From: Macrostomum lignano
Taxonomy: Eukaryota
DNA: 64,000 nt
Assembly: GCA_002269645.1 (NCBI GenBank)
Contig: NIVC01001166.1
Span: 1-64,000, forward strand
Direction: 5' to 3'
Below are positions 1 to 10,740 of the stretch, one piece after another. A program made the translations under genes and the position numbers. Position 1 is the first letter of the stretch. Each line of letters opens with the position of its first letter. The notes under the pieces were generated by a model. The model made no database searches. It was not told where the DNA came from and saw nothing but the letters and a program-made list of their open reading frames with translations.

Positions 1-1
1 C

Positions 2-133
2 TTTGAACTGGCCGCCTATCTGGGTCTAGGCGGGGGCCTGGCTGCCGCGCTGCTGTACGTTGGCCTCGGCTCGCTCAGTAGGACTCTGTTAGGAGATACC
101 GGCGGCTCAGCTGACCAGAGCCGTCAGTTATAG
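2..133 (+). CDS. 3' end of an upstream gene running off the window; hydrophobic C-terminus, possibly a membrane protein
   Basis: Frame from base 2 reads FELAAYLGLGGGLAAALLYVGLGSLSRTLLGDTGGSADQSRQL* (TAG 131-133). GC-rich coding-like composition drops to AT-rich after the stop; AATAAA near 280. Confidence 0.5.
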   Translation, partial: FELAAYLGLGGGLAAALLYVGLGSLSRTLLGDTGGSADQSRQL

Positions 134-429
134 AGAACATTTTGCCTGTACCCTTCCTTATGGAACAGATGCATTAATTTCTTTCATTATTTAAGCATTT
201 GTAAAAAGCTTACAAGTCTAACACTTTAAGATTCTTAATTGGCCCTCACAGTGACTTGGCTAAAAACGCAAAAACTACAATAAAGGCCGCTACTTATGTT
301 TCATTTGTTGATTGTTTATTTTGCTAGAGATTACCGTTTTATGCGTCTAGCTTATATTTGCTATTTATATTACTAATAAGTAGAGAGAGACTTACTAAAT
401 CTACTTATAAAGCTATATAAGTGTTAGTT

Positions 430-464
430 AGCCAATCAGAAGAATCGGTGAATTAGTGACGTCA
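430..464 (+). promoter_or_regulatory. CCAAT box (AGCCAATCAG 430-439) and CRE (TGACGTCA 457-464) upstream of RBM28
   Basis: Exact consensus matches seen in sequence; function not shown. Confidence 0.4.
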
Positions 465-506
465 TGTCAAAGGTCATAATGAACTCATTTTCGCCTCGTT
501 TTCCAG

Positions 507-2153
507 GAGGTTGACGGAGACATCGAAGAGGGGGCCAATCGGCCTTTAAATAAGAAAAGCGGCTGCAGCAAAAATCTTTAAAAAAGAAGCAGAAACAGCA
601 GAAACAACCGACGAAGTGTCGCCCGAGCAGTTGAAGAAACACCGGAAGCGGAAGCGCCAGCAGGAGCAGCAGGAAGAAGCCCCTGAGAGCGAGAACGAAG
701 AGACAGCGCAGGATGAAGAGCCGCAGCAGCAGAAGAAGCAGAAACTGTCAGAGCAGAAGCCGCGCGATTGCTGACAGATGCCGACGAAGGTCGAACAATA
801 TTTGCTCGCAACGTGAACTTCAGCACAGCGGGAGGCTTTGCGAGAATTTTTCGAATCGAACGTTGGCCGCAGTTGAAGAGTGCCGAATAGTGGCGCGACC
901 GACTTACTGAGCATTCGCGCGTCAGGCCTTCGTAAAATTTTGCAGCAAATCGGACGCCGACTCCTGCCTGTTGAGATGGGCAGCCGATCCTGAGCGCAGC
1001 TTCCGGCTTGACGGCAGTGCCTTGCGCGCTGTGCCTGGCCGTGACCCGGGACCGACTGGCCAAGATTGACAAGACGCCCGCCACCGCGACCGCCGCCGCC
1101 GCTGCGCCGCCGCCAATGAAATGAGAAAGCGGACCAATGCTGCAAACGGAATTTGCATTTGGCTAGGTAAGTTTCTTGGGCTTTATTTATTGCTTGATAA
1201 TTATTCAGCGGCTTGTTCTTTGAAGTCTAGTTTGGGTTGGAGACGGCTTGTTCTTTGATGTCTAGTTTGAGCTGGAGGCGGCTTGTTCTTTGATGTCTAG
1301 TTTGGGGGGCGGAGGCGGCTTGTTCTTTGATGTCTAGTTTGGGCTGGAGGCGGCTTGTTCTTTGAAGTCCAGCTCGTAAAAGTATGAATTGAATGATGTC
1401 AAAAATCCCTAATATCCTTTAAAAAATTCTCCGCAGAGCCGGTCAGCTCCGTCGCGGCAGCAGCGAAGCCGAAGGCGTCCCGGAGTCCGAGCTGGTCCTG
1501 CGCGAGCAGCTGGAGAAGCGCGCCAGGGAAGCGCTGCGCAATCCGGATGTGATGATCAGCCCGACCCGGCTGTGTGTGCACGGCCTGCCGCGCGACCTCG
1601 CCGACCGCGACCTCCGTCGGGCATTTCAGCGCCTAGGCGGTCCCGGCTGCCGCATTGTCGAGTGCCGCATCATGCGCGACACGACCCGACTGGACGGCGG
1701 CGACGCTCAGCTGGCGCCTGGCGCCAAAGTCGCCGGCCGTAGCCGCGGCTTCGGATTCGTGGCCTACGGCGATCACGAGCACGCGCGCGAGCCGTGGAAG
1801 CGGCCAGGCTCGGCCCGTCGCTGCCCAACGGCCGCCGGCTGGTCGTGCAGTTCTCTTTGGAGCGCCAATCGGCGCTGCGGAAGAAGCTCGTACGAACGTC
1901 GGCATCCGGTTCGACTCCCTCTGCTGCCGCCGTAGCCTCCCTGACTCGAATCCCTAAGCCTGACGGTGTTCAGGGTGGCATACCGAAGGCGCCGAAGCGG
2001 CGCGCTCGAGACGGCGCCGCTGGAGTTGGCGCCAAGCAGCAACACCAGCGCCAACGATTAGAGGCGCGACGGCAGCAGGCCGGTCGTCTGTCACGAAAAG
2101 AGTTCCGCCGGAAGCGGAAGGAGGCGCTCATTAGAGAGGGACGATTAAAGTAG
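507..2153 (+). CDS. RBM28: RBM28/Nop4-like RRM protein, exons ~507-1166 and 1437-2153, carrying many single-base indels (assembly error or decaying copy)
   Basis: Pieces across frames match recalled RBM28 RRM3 (DADEGRTIFARNVNFS...EECRIVARP..EHSR.QAFVKF...LDG), NLHLAR, and RRM4 (NPDVMISPTRLCVHGLP...ECRIMRD...GRSRGFGFVAYGDHEHA...RRLVVQFSLE). Intron GTAAGT 1167 to CCGCAG 1436. At least six frame changes in exon 1. Confidence 0.85.
1205..1372. repeat. ~35-bp tandem repeat x5 in the RBM28 intron
   Basis: GGCGGCTTGTTCTTTGATGTCTAGTTTGGGCTGGA recurs near 1210, 1245, 1280, 1317 and 1352. Confidence 0.9.
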
Positions 2154-2244
2154 AAGCTTTAAAGATTGACGCTTGCACTCTGGACTGGCGGCCCATTTTC
2201 AGGCAATTTCAATTCACTATTAACCAATCAACCGCCCCAACCAG

Positions 2245-3650
2245 CTTTAGTGTACACTAGTGCCCAGCAAAGCCTTCCCCCAACTCCTTCCCCCAATGTA
2301 CACCAGACCAGTGCCCAGCAAAGCCTTCCCCAACTCCTCCCCCAGTGTACACCAGTGCCCAGCAAAGCCCTCCTCCAACTCCCCCCCCCCAGTGTACACC
2401 AGTGCCCAGCAAAGCCCTCCTCCAAATCCTCCCCCAGTGTACACCAGTGCCCAGCAAAGCCCTCCCCAACTCCTTCCCCCAATGTACACCAGACCAGTGC
2501 CCAGCAAAGCCCTCCCCCAACTCCTCCCCCCCCAGTGTACACCAGTGCCCAGCAAAGCCCTCCTCCAACTCCCCCCCCAGTGTACACCAGTGCCCAGCAA
2601 AGCCCTCCCCCAACTCCTTCCCCTCAGTGTACACCAGTGCCCAGCAAAGCTTCCCCCAACTCCTTCCCCTCAGTGTACACCAGTGCCCAGCAAAGCCCTC
2701 CCCCAACTCCTTCCCTCAGTGTACACCAGTGCCCAGCAAAGCCCTCCCCCAACTCCTTCCCCTCAGTGTACACCAGTGCCCAGCAAAGCTTCCCCCAACT
2801 CCTTCCCCTCAGTGTACACCAGTGCCCAGCAAAGCCCTCCCCCAACTCCTTCCCCTCAGTGTACACCAGTGCCCAGCAAAGCCCTCCCCCAACTCCTTCC
2901 CCTCAGTGTACACCAGTGCCCAGCAAAGCCCTCCTCCAACTCCCCCCCCAGTGTACACCAGTGCCCAGCAAAGCCCTCCCCCAACTCCTTCCCCTCAGTG
3001 TACACCAGTGCCCAGCAAAGCCCTCCCCCAACTCCTTCCCCTCAGTGTACACCAGTGCCCAGCAAAGCCCTCCCCAACTCCTTCCCCTCAGTGTACACCA
3101 GTGCCCAGCAAAGCCCTCCCCAACTCCTTCCCCTCAGTGTACACCAGTGCCCAGCAAAGCTTCCCCCAACTCCTTCCCACAGTGTACACCAGTGCCCAGC
3201 AAAGCCCTCCCCCAACTCCTTCCCCTCAGTGTACACCAGTGCCCAGCAAAGCCCTCCTCCAACTCCCCCCCCCAGTGTACACCAGTGCCCAGCAAAGCCC
3301 TCCTCCAACTCCCCCCCCAGTGTACACCAGTGCCCAGCAAAGCCCTCCCCAACTCCTTCCCCTCAGTGTACACCAGTGCCCAGCAAAGCTTCCCCCAACT
3401 CCTTCCCCTCAGTGTACACCAGTGCCCAGCAAAGCCCTCCCCCAACTCCTTCCCCTCAGTGTACACCAGTGCCCAGCAAAGCTTCCCCCAACTCCTTCCC
3501 CTCAGTGTACACCAGTGCCCAGCAAAGCTTCCCCCAACTCCTTCCCCTCAGTGTACACCAGTGCCCAGCAAAGCTTCCCCCAACTCCTTCCCCTCAGTGT
3601 ACACCAGTGCCAGCAAAGCTTCCCCACCTTCCCCTCAGTGTACACTAGTG
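2245..3650. repeat. ~46-47-bp C-rich minisatellite, ~30 copies
   Basis: Unit CAGTGTACACCAGTGCCCAGCAAAGCCCTCCCCCAACTCCTTCCCCT; the ORFs over it are open in several frames. Confidence 0.95.
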
Positions 3651-3862
3651 ACCACTCAGCCAAGCCTCTAATTAACTGGGCTTGCATTAATTAACACAAA
3701 AGGCATTTTGTGACGCTTCAAATACTTTACGCTCGTATCACTGCGCGGTTTATTAGTCTATATAATAATAAATGCTGATAAAAGGCTGAGTTGTGACAAA
3801 GTGCAACTGGAATTTTACTTCTCTTTGTTTTCTATATAAATAGTAGCCACTAAGCTTAAGAA

Positions 3863-3880
3863 ATGAGGATTCTGGTTTGA
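3863..3880 (+). promoter_or_regulatory. Short out-of-frame uORF (MRILV*) ending 20 nt upstream of the bZIP ATG
   Basis: ATG AGG ATT CTG GTT TGA at 3863-3880; main ATG at 3901. Confidence 0.4.
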
Positions 3881-3900
3881 ATAGCATTCCAAAAATATTC

Positions 3901-4212
3901 ATGCTGGCGCCACGCGGCAGAAAATCATCCTTATCGCCGGCGCAAAATCCCTGCGCGCTAGCCAGCCGGCGCCATCGACAGCGCCAACAGCAGCATCGGC
4001 GCCAATTGGAGACGCGCGCAGCGTCAGTTCGCGCCGAGAACGAACGGCTGCGCGCCAAATTAATGAGCGCTCGACGCGAACTGGAATTCCTGCTGGCCTG
4101 CTGGCGTCGGCAGCGCCGCAACTCGGACGAGCCGGCGCCGCCCGGACTTGTCGAAGCGGTGCGCGAGGTGCGCCAACTAATCAGATCGTGGAAGGCGCAG
4201 AATGATGATTAG
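3901..4212 (+). CDS. Small intronless bZIP protein, C/EBP-gamma/CHOP-like, with a non-canonical basic region
   Basis: CALASRRHRQRQQQHRRQLETRAASVRAENERLRAKLMSARRELEFL shows bZIP spacing (R then L at +10), heptads L-V-L-A-L and ENERL as in C/EBP-gamma and CHOP. Cys stands at the position of the usually invariant Asn. Confidence 0.7.
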   Translation: MLAPRGRKSSLSPAQNPCALASRRHRQRQQQHRRQLETRAASVRAENERLRAKLMSARRELEFLLACWRRQRRNSDEPAPPGLVEAVREVRQLIRSWKAQNDD

Positions 4213-4489
4213 CCTGCCGGTTGCTATGGCGACTGTATGAGTTATAATACATACATAGATTAGAACAGATATTTATTCCGTAATAGTTCCATTTGTTTAT
4301 TACAAGCCTTTATGTAAATAATTTTTGTTTGTACAAGTTGCATTGAATATTCAGTAATTTGAGTTGATCTCGAAGTTTCATTTTTGCATAAAATATACTG
4401 CAATCTCGTTCTTACTGCTTTTTGTAAATATATTTCTTTACATTCTTTTTGCCAGAATCTTGGTTTTTAGTTTGGTGCTCAGTTCAGAA

Positions 4490-5952
4490 GGGTCCTCAGA
4501 CTGGCCCTCACCCATCCAGCATCCACTGTGTCCTCAGACTGGCCCTTACCCATCCAGCATCCACTGTGTCCTCAGACTGGCCCTTACCCATCCAGCATCC
4601 ACCGGGTCCTCAGACTGGCCCTCACCTATCCAGCATCCACCGGGTCCTCAGACTGGCCCTCACCCATCCAGCATCCACCGGGTCCTCAGACTGGCCCTCA
4701 CCCATCCAGCATCCACCGGGTCCTCAGACTGGGCCCTCACCCGTCCAGCATCCACTGGGTCCTCAGACTGGCCCTCACCCATCCAGCATCCACTGTGTCC
4801 TCAGACTGGCCCTTACCCATCCAGCATCCACTGTGTCCTCAGACTGGCCCTTACCCATCCAGCATCCACCGGGTCCTCAGACTGGCCCTCACCTATCCAG
4901 CATCCACCGGGTCCTCAGACTGGCCCTCACCCATCCAGCATCCACCGGGTCCTCAGACTGGCCCTCACCCATCCAGCATCCACCGGGTCCTCAGACTGGG
5001 CCCTCACCCGTCCAGCATCCACTGGGTCCTCAGACTGGCCCTCACCCATCCAGCATCCACCGGGTCCTCAGACTGGCCCTCACCCATCCAGCATCCACCG
5101 GGTCCTCAGACTGGCCCTCACCCATCCAGCATCCACCGGGTCCTCAGACTGGGCCCTCACCCGTCCAGCATCCACTGGGTCCTCAGACTGGCCCTCACCC
5201 ATCCAGCATCCACTGTGTCCTCAGACTGGCCCTCACCCATCCAGCATCCACTGTGTCCTCAGACTGGCCCTCACCCATCCAGCATCCACTGTGTCCTCAG
5301 ACTGGCCCTCACCCATCCAGCATCCACCGGGTCCTCAGACTGGCCCTCACCCATCCAGCATCCACCGGGTCCTCAGACTGGCCCTCACCCATCCAGCATC
5401 CACCGGGTCCTCAGACTGGCCCTCACCCATCCAGCATCCACCGGGTCCTCAGACTGGGCCCTCACCCGTCCAGCATCCACCGGGTCCTCAGACTGGCCCT
5501 CACCCATCCAGCATCCACCGGGTCCTCAGACTGGGCCCTCACCCGTCCAGCATCCACTGGGTCCTCAGACTGGCCCTCACCCATCCAGCATCCACCGGGT
5601 CCTCAGACTGGCCCTCACCCATCCAGCATCCACTGCGTCCTCAGACTGGCCCTCACCCATCCAGCATCCACTGTGTCCTCAGACTGGCCCTTACCCATCC
5701 AGCATCCACCGGGTCCTCAGACTGGCCCTCACCCATCCAGCATCCACCGGGTCCTCAGACTGGCCCTTACCCATCCAGCATCCACCGGGTCCTCAGACTG
5801 GCCCTCACCCATCCAGCATCCACCGGGTCCTCAGACTGGGCCCTCACCCGTCCAGCATCCACTGGGTCCTCAGACTGGGCCCTCACCCATCCAGCATCCA
5901 CCGGGTCCTCAGACTGGCCCTCACCCATCCAGCATCCACTGCGTCCTCAGAC
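4490..5952. repeat. 38-bp minisatellite, ~38 copies, ending ~50 bp before the LARP7 ATG
   Basis: Unit GGGTCCTCAGACTGGCCCTCACCCATCCAGCATCCACC. Confidence 0.95.
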
Positions 5953-6001
5953 TTGGCCGCCTGATCATCTTGAATACCTGAATAATCCCGACTAAAATTT
6001 T

Positions 6002-9000
6002 ATGGCTAGCAGCAGTTGCTTAGCCGCATCAGCTGCGGCGGCTTCATCAGACTTGGCCAATAAATTGGATGAGCTCACTGAGCAGCTGAAGCGCCAGTTA
6101 GAATTCTACCTGGGCGAGGGCAATCTTCTCAAAGACAGATTCTTGCGCTCTGAGTTGGACAAGACAGAGGACGGCTATTTGCCACTGAGGCTGTTTCTTC
6201 GGTTCAATCGGGTTATCGAATTCTGCCATCGGGCCGGAGTCAAGCAGCGCGATCAAATTCTTGCGCGTCTGCGCGTTGCTATTGGCGCTTCGCGCTTATT
6301 AGCACTTGACGATGACGGGCTCCGGGTGCGCCGGGCGGCTCCGCTAAGACAGTTGGAGCCGGTCGACGAGAGAACCGTCTATGTGGACGGACTCTGCGGC
6401 AGTGGCGCCAGCGGCGGTAGCGGCTGCAAAGTGGATCGCGATTCTGTTGCCAAGATGTTCTCCACTGTTGGTCAGGTGTGGACTCAGATTCTAAAAATTC
6501 TTACACTGAAGTATCAGAGCTCTAACCCTGAGCATCAGCCTGAAATATCTCAGAGCTGTGTTCCTGAGCATCAGCCTGAAATATCTCAGAGCTGTGTTCC
6601 TGAGCATCACCCTGAAATATCTCAGAGCTGTGTTCCTGAGCATCAGCCTGAAATATCTCAGAGCTGTGTTCCTGAGCATCACCCTGAAATATTTCAGAGC
6701 TGTGTTCCTGAGCATCACCCTGAAATATCTCAGAGCTGTGTTCCTGAGCATCAGCCTGAAATATTTCAGAGCTGTGTTCCTGAGCATCACCCTGAAATAT
6801 CTCAGAGCTGTGTTCCTGAGCATCAGCCTGAAATATCTCAGAGCTGTGTTCCTGAGCATCACCCTGAAATATCTCAGAGCTGTGTTCCTGAGCATCACCC
6901 TGAAATATCTCAGAGCTGTGTTCCTGAGCATCACCCTGAAATATCTCAGAGCTGTGTGCCTGAGCATCACCCTGAAGTATCTCAGAGCTGTGTTCCTGAG
7001 CATCAGCCTGAAATATCTCAGAGCCTAGACATCAGCCTGAAGTATATCAGAGCTGTGTTCCTGAGCATCACCCTGAAGTATCTCAGAGCTGTGTTCCTGA
7101 GCATCACCCTGAAGTATCTCAGAGCTGTGTTCCTGAGCATCACCCTGAAATATCTCAGAGCTGTGTGCCTGAGCATCAGCCTGAAGTATCTCAGAGCTGT
7201 GTTCCTGAGCATCAGCCTGAAGTATCTCAGAGCTGTGTGCCTGAGCATCAGCCTGAAGTATCTCAGAGCTGTGTTCCTGAGCATCACCCTGAAGTATCTC
7301 AGAGCTGTGTGCCTGAGCATCACCCTGAAGTATCTCAGAGCTGTGTTCCTGAGCATCACCCTGAAATATCTCAGAGCTGTGTGCCTGAGGATCAGCCTGA
7401 AGTATCTCAGAGCTGTGTTCCTGAGCATCAGCCTGAAGTATCTCAGAGCTGTGTGCCTGAGCATCAGCCTGAAGTATCTCAGAGCTGTGTTCCTGAGCAT
7501 CAGCCTGAAGTATCTCAGAGCTGTGTGCCTGAAGTATCCTGAAGTGTCTGAACCAAAGCCTTCCACCATCGCTAAATCTCAGTCGCCCCTTCAACCGCAG
7601 GTTCTGTACATCAGCCTGCCTTGCTATCGCACAACCGGGGACTCGAAAGGCTTTGCATTCGTCGAATTTGAAACCTCAGCCGAGGCCCAACTGGCAGTTG
7701 ACCGGCTCAACTCGGTGCCGCGAAGCCAGTGGCGAGCTCGGCTGCCAAAGTTTAGCAGCCAGGTGAGATCGTTGCTGAGGGCCGCCGAGGTGCTCAAGAT
7801 TGACACTACTCAGTTGGAGACTGCACTATACGATCAGGGATGCGGAGGCGATAGCGGCGACTCTGTCGGAACTAGTTCCACATCCGGTTCCGCTTCCGGT
7901 AAACGGCTCGCCGTGATGCCCAAAGCTGAATGGGAACGGCTGCGTCAGGAAATGAAATCAGCTCGAGACAGGGAGATTGCAAAATTGAGAAGCCGAGTTC
8001 AAAAGGTGCGAGTGTTTTTTTGACCTTTATTGTAAAACTGGGTAGGGCAATTAATTGCTTTCCGTTCTGCGTCTGCAGAGCAAAAATAGTTGGAGCTGCC
8101 CGAAATTCTAAGGACCCGATCTCGATTGAATGACCCAGTCTGAGGACCCAGTGGATGCTGAATGGTTGCGGTAGCTCAGTCTGAGGACCCAGTGGATGCT
8201 GAATGGTTGCGGTAGCTCAGTCTGAGGACCCAGTGGATGCTGAATGGTTGCGGTAGCTCAGTCTGAGGACCCTGTGGATGCTGAATGGTTGCGGTAGCTC
8301 AGTCTGAGGACCCTGTGGATGCTGAATGGTTGCGGTAGCTCAGTCTGAGGACCCTGTGGATGCTGAATGGTTGCGGTAGCTCAGTCTGAGGACCCTGTGG
8401 ATGCTGAATGGTTGCGGTAGCTCAGTCTGAGGACCCGGTGGATGCTGAATGGTTGCGGTAGCTCAGTCTGAGGACCCGGTGGACGCTGAATGGTTGCGGT
8501 AGCTCAGTCTGAGGACCCGGTGGATGCTGAATGGTTGCGGTAGCTCAGTCTGAGGACCCGGTGGACGCTGAATGGTTGCGGTAGCTCAGTCTGAGGACCC
8601 GGTGGATGCTGAATGGTTGCGGTAGCTCAGTCTGAGGACCCTGTGGATGCTGAATGGTTGCGGTAGATCAGTCTGAGGACCCGGTGGATGCTGAATGGTT
8701 GCGGTAGATCAGTCTGAGGACCCGGTGGATGCTGAATGGTGGTGGACGTGGTAGCTCAAATTGAGGACCCGGTAGGTGGTGCTCAGGTTATTTTATTTAA
8801 CGATATGTAACGAAAAAACAAACTTTTCCGCCAGGCTAAATCGGCTGAGGCGAATCGGGCCAACGTTGAGGACGCGGCGGGAGGCGCCGCGGGTCCGCCA
8901 GCCCACCTGCGCTTCTCCGCCGGCCTGATTGTCCGGCTGACTGACGCGGACGGCGGCCTGACCCGAAAGCGAATCCGCGATCAGCTGCCGCTCGGCGAAG

Positions 9001-9533
9001 CTCGCGACGCCGTCGCTTATATCGACATCGATGAAGACGGTCGGGGCGCCTGTTTGCGCTGTCGAGACGCCGCCGCTGCCGATCGACTTCTGGCGTTGCC
9101 GCAGTTGACAACGCCGCCGCTGTCCGCCGAGCTGTTAGTCGGCCAGCAGGAGCGAGACTATTGGGATAAAATTCGGCGCGACTGGGAAGAGAAGCACCGG
9201 CCGGGTTGTCCGCTGTCCGGGCCTGCTAGGGTTAAACGGCAGGCTAGTCCAGCTTCCGTTGGGACTTCCGGTATAGCTTCCGGTTCCACTTCCGGTGTAG
9301 CTTCCGGTTCCAATTCCGGTGTAGCTTCCGGTTCCACTTCCGGTGTAGCTTCCGGTTCCACTTCCGGTGTAGCTTCCGGTTCCACTTCCGGTGTATCTTC
9401 CGGTTCCACTTCCGGTGTATCTTCCGGTTCCACTTCCGGTGTATCTTCCGGTTCCACTTCCGGTGCTGACGCTACTTCCGGTTCCAGCGCTAAACGGCCA
9501 AAACGAATAGTATTCGATAGCGACGAGGATTAA
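6002..9533 (+). CDS. LARP7: La-related protein 7; exons 6002-6475, 7601-8005, 8835-9533
   Basis: La motif ([41 protein letters not shown]), RRM1 split by intron 1 (TVYVDGL...GQ|[25 protein letters not shown]), C-terminal xRRM ([10 protein letters not shown]...VAYIDI...[14 protein letters not shown]). Both introns are GT-AG, phase 0, and keep the frame. Confidence 0.93.
6515..7545. repeat. 36-bp minisatellite in LARP7 intron 1
   Basis: Unit CCTGAGCATCACCCTGAAATATCTCAGAGCTGTGTT. Confidence 0.95.
8136..8770. repeat. 41-bp minisatellite in LARP7 intron 2, an inverted relative of the 4490-5952 array
   Basis: Unit CAGTCTGAGGACCCGGTGGATGCTGAATGGTTGCGGTAGCT; its reverse complement matches the 38-bp unit at 29 of 30 nt. 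Confidence 0.95.
9262..9486 (+). repeat. 24-bp coding repeat (SGSTSGVA)n in the LARP7 tail
   Basis: CTTCCGGTTCCACTTCCGGTGTAG units, 18 TTCCGG cores. Confidence 0.9.
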
Positions 9534-9900
9534 TTGTAGATTGTTGCTACTAGTCACTAGAATAACTAGATATGCCACTTGCAAAAATGCGCTCATCTAC
9601 TCTTTTCAGTAGCAAATAGCGTTTTTTCGATATTTAATTTCCATTAAGCTGCAACAATCGCCTGGTTTTCTACACCAGACCCATTGAATTGGCATCTTCA
9701 TCCTGTTTTTCCGAATCCAGACAGCTTCAGACTCGAAATGATTTTACGCTCTTAAAGGAATGGATTTAAGACGGAAGATGGCAGGGATTAACCTTAAAAA
9801 GCCAAATCCAGTGTGTGTGCGAGCAAGAGAGTAATGGGGTGTTGCCCCAGCCCTCAGCCAGGTCGATGAACAGTTAAATGTCCTCTTGCCGCTTGTGTGA

Positions 9901-10205
9901 CTTTGACCTCTCTCCTTACTGCTCTCTCATTGGCTGAGCTAGATTGGGCTTACCCCCTAGGCTGAGTTTCGTTCGTCTGACTTTGATCTCTCTGCTTACT
10001 GCTCTCTCATTGGCTGAGCTAGATTGGGCCTACCCCATAGGCTGAGTTTCGTTCGTCTGACTTTGATCTCTCTGCTTACTGCTCTCTCATTGGCTGAGCT
10101 AGATTGGGCCTACCCCCTAGGCTGAGTTTCGTTCGTCTGACTTTAAACTCTCTCCTTACTGCTCTCTCATTGGCTGAGCTAGATTGGGCTTACCCCCTAG
10201 GCTGA
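9901..10205. repeat. 80-bp tandem repeat x4, each unit with a reverse CCAAT box (CTCATTGGCTGA)
   Basis: Units start at 9901, 9981, 10061 and 10141, between LARP7 and the rhodanese gene. Confidence 0.9.
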
Positions 10206-10740
10206 GTTTTGTCCACCTTGCGTTCACTTGTACTTGTGTACAACAAGTTAAATGGTTGTTGTTTATTCATAACCCTAGATGCTCCTGAGGCCGCAACCCC
10301 TGAAGAGGAAAGACAAGTTTAGGTGCTAAATTAAATTTAACTGACACTGCGCATACAAACTACTGAAAAAGAGTAGACGTTTTTTAACGACTAAATGCGA
10401 GGGAAATATCTCGTTGCTCTAGCATCTGTGCTACTAATATATATGGTGTTTAATGTACGAGTACGAGATAAAGTCAGCAATGGCATTTTTATGCGCATAC
10501 GAGTATATCGCAGTATCTATGTAGCAGCTAGTTGCTTTCTATACTATTTTTATTTGACTATTATTGCGATTATAGTGAATCTGTGTACAAAATATAATTT
10601 AATATTGCTATCAATATTGTAAAATACGTATTTCTCATTTCATGATTTTTATTGCTCTAAGGCAGGCTTTTCTTTAGAATTACTGAGATGCATTAGTATT
10701 TTTAGTTAGCTAATAAAGCTAACAAAAATCAATATGCTTC

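Noticed and set aside
507-1166. Programmed frameshifting or RNA editing to explain the RBM28 frame changes
   Set aside because: Too many, in both directions, without slippery sites; sequencing error or decay is simpler.
2166-5995. 450-540 aa ORFs over the 47-bp and 38-bp arrays (likewise 11894-13381, 29986-30765, 56718-57500, 59924-60388)
   Set aside because: They are open in several frames or on both strands, translate as pure repeats and have no domain; artefacts of stop-free units.
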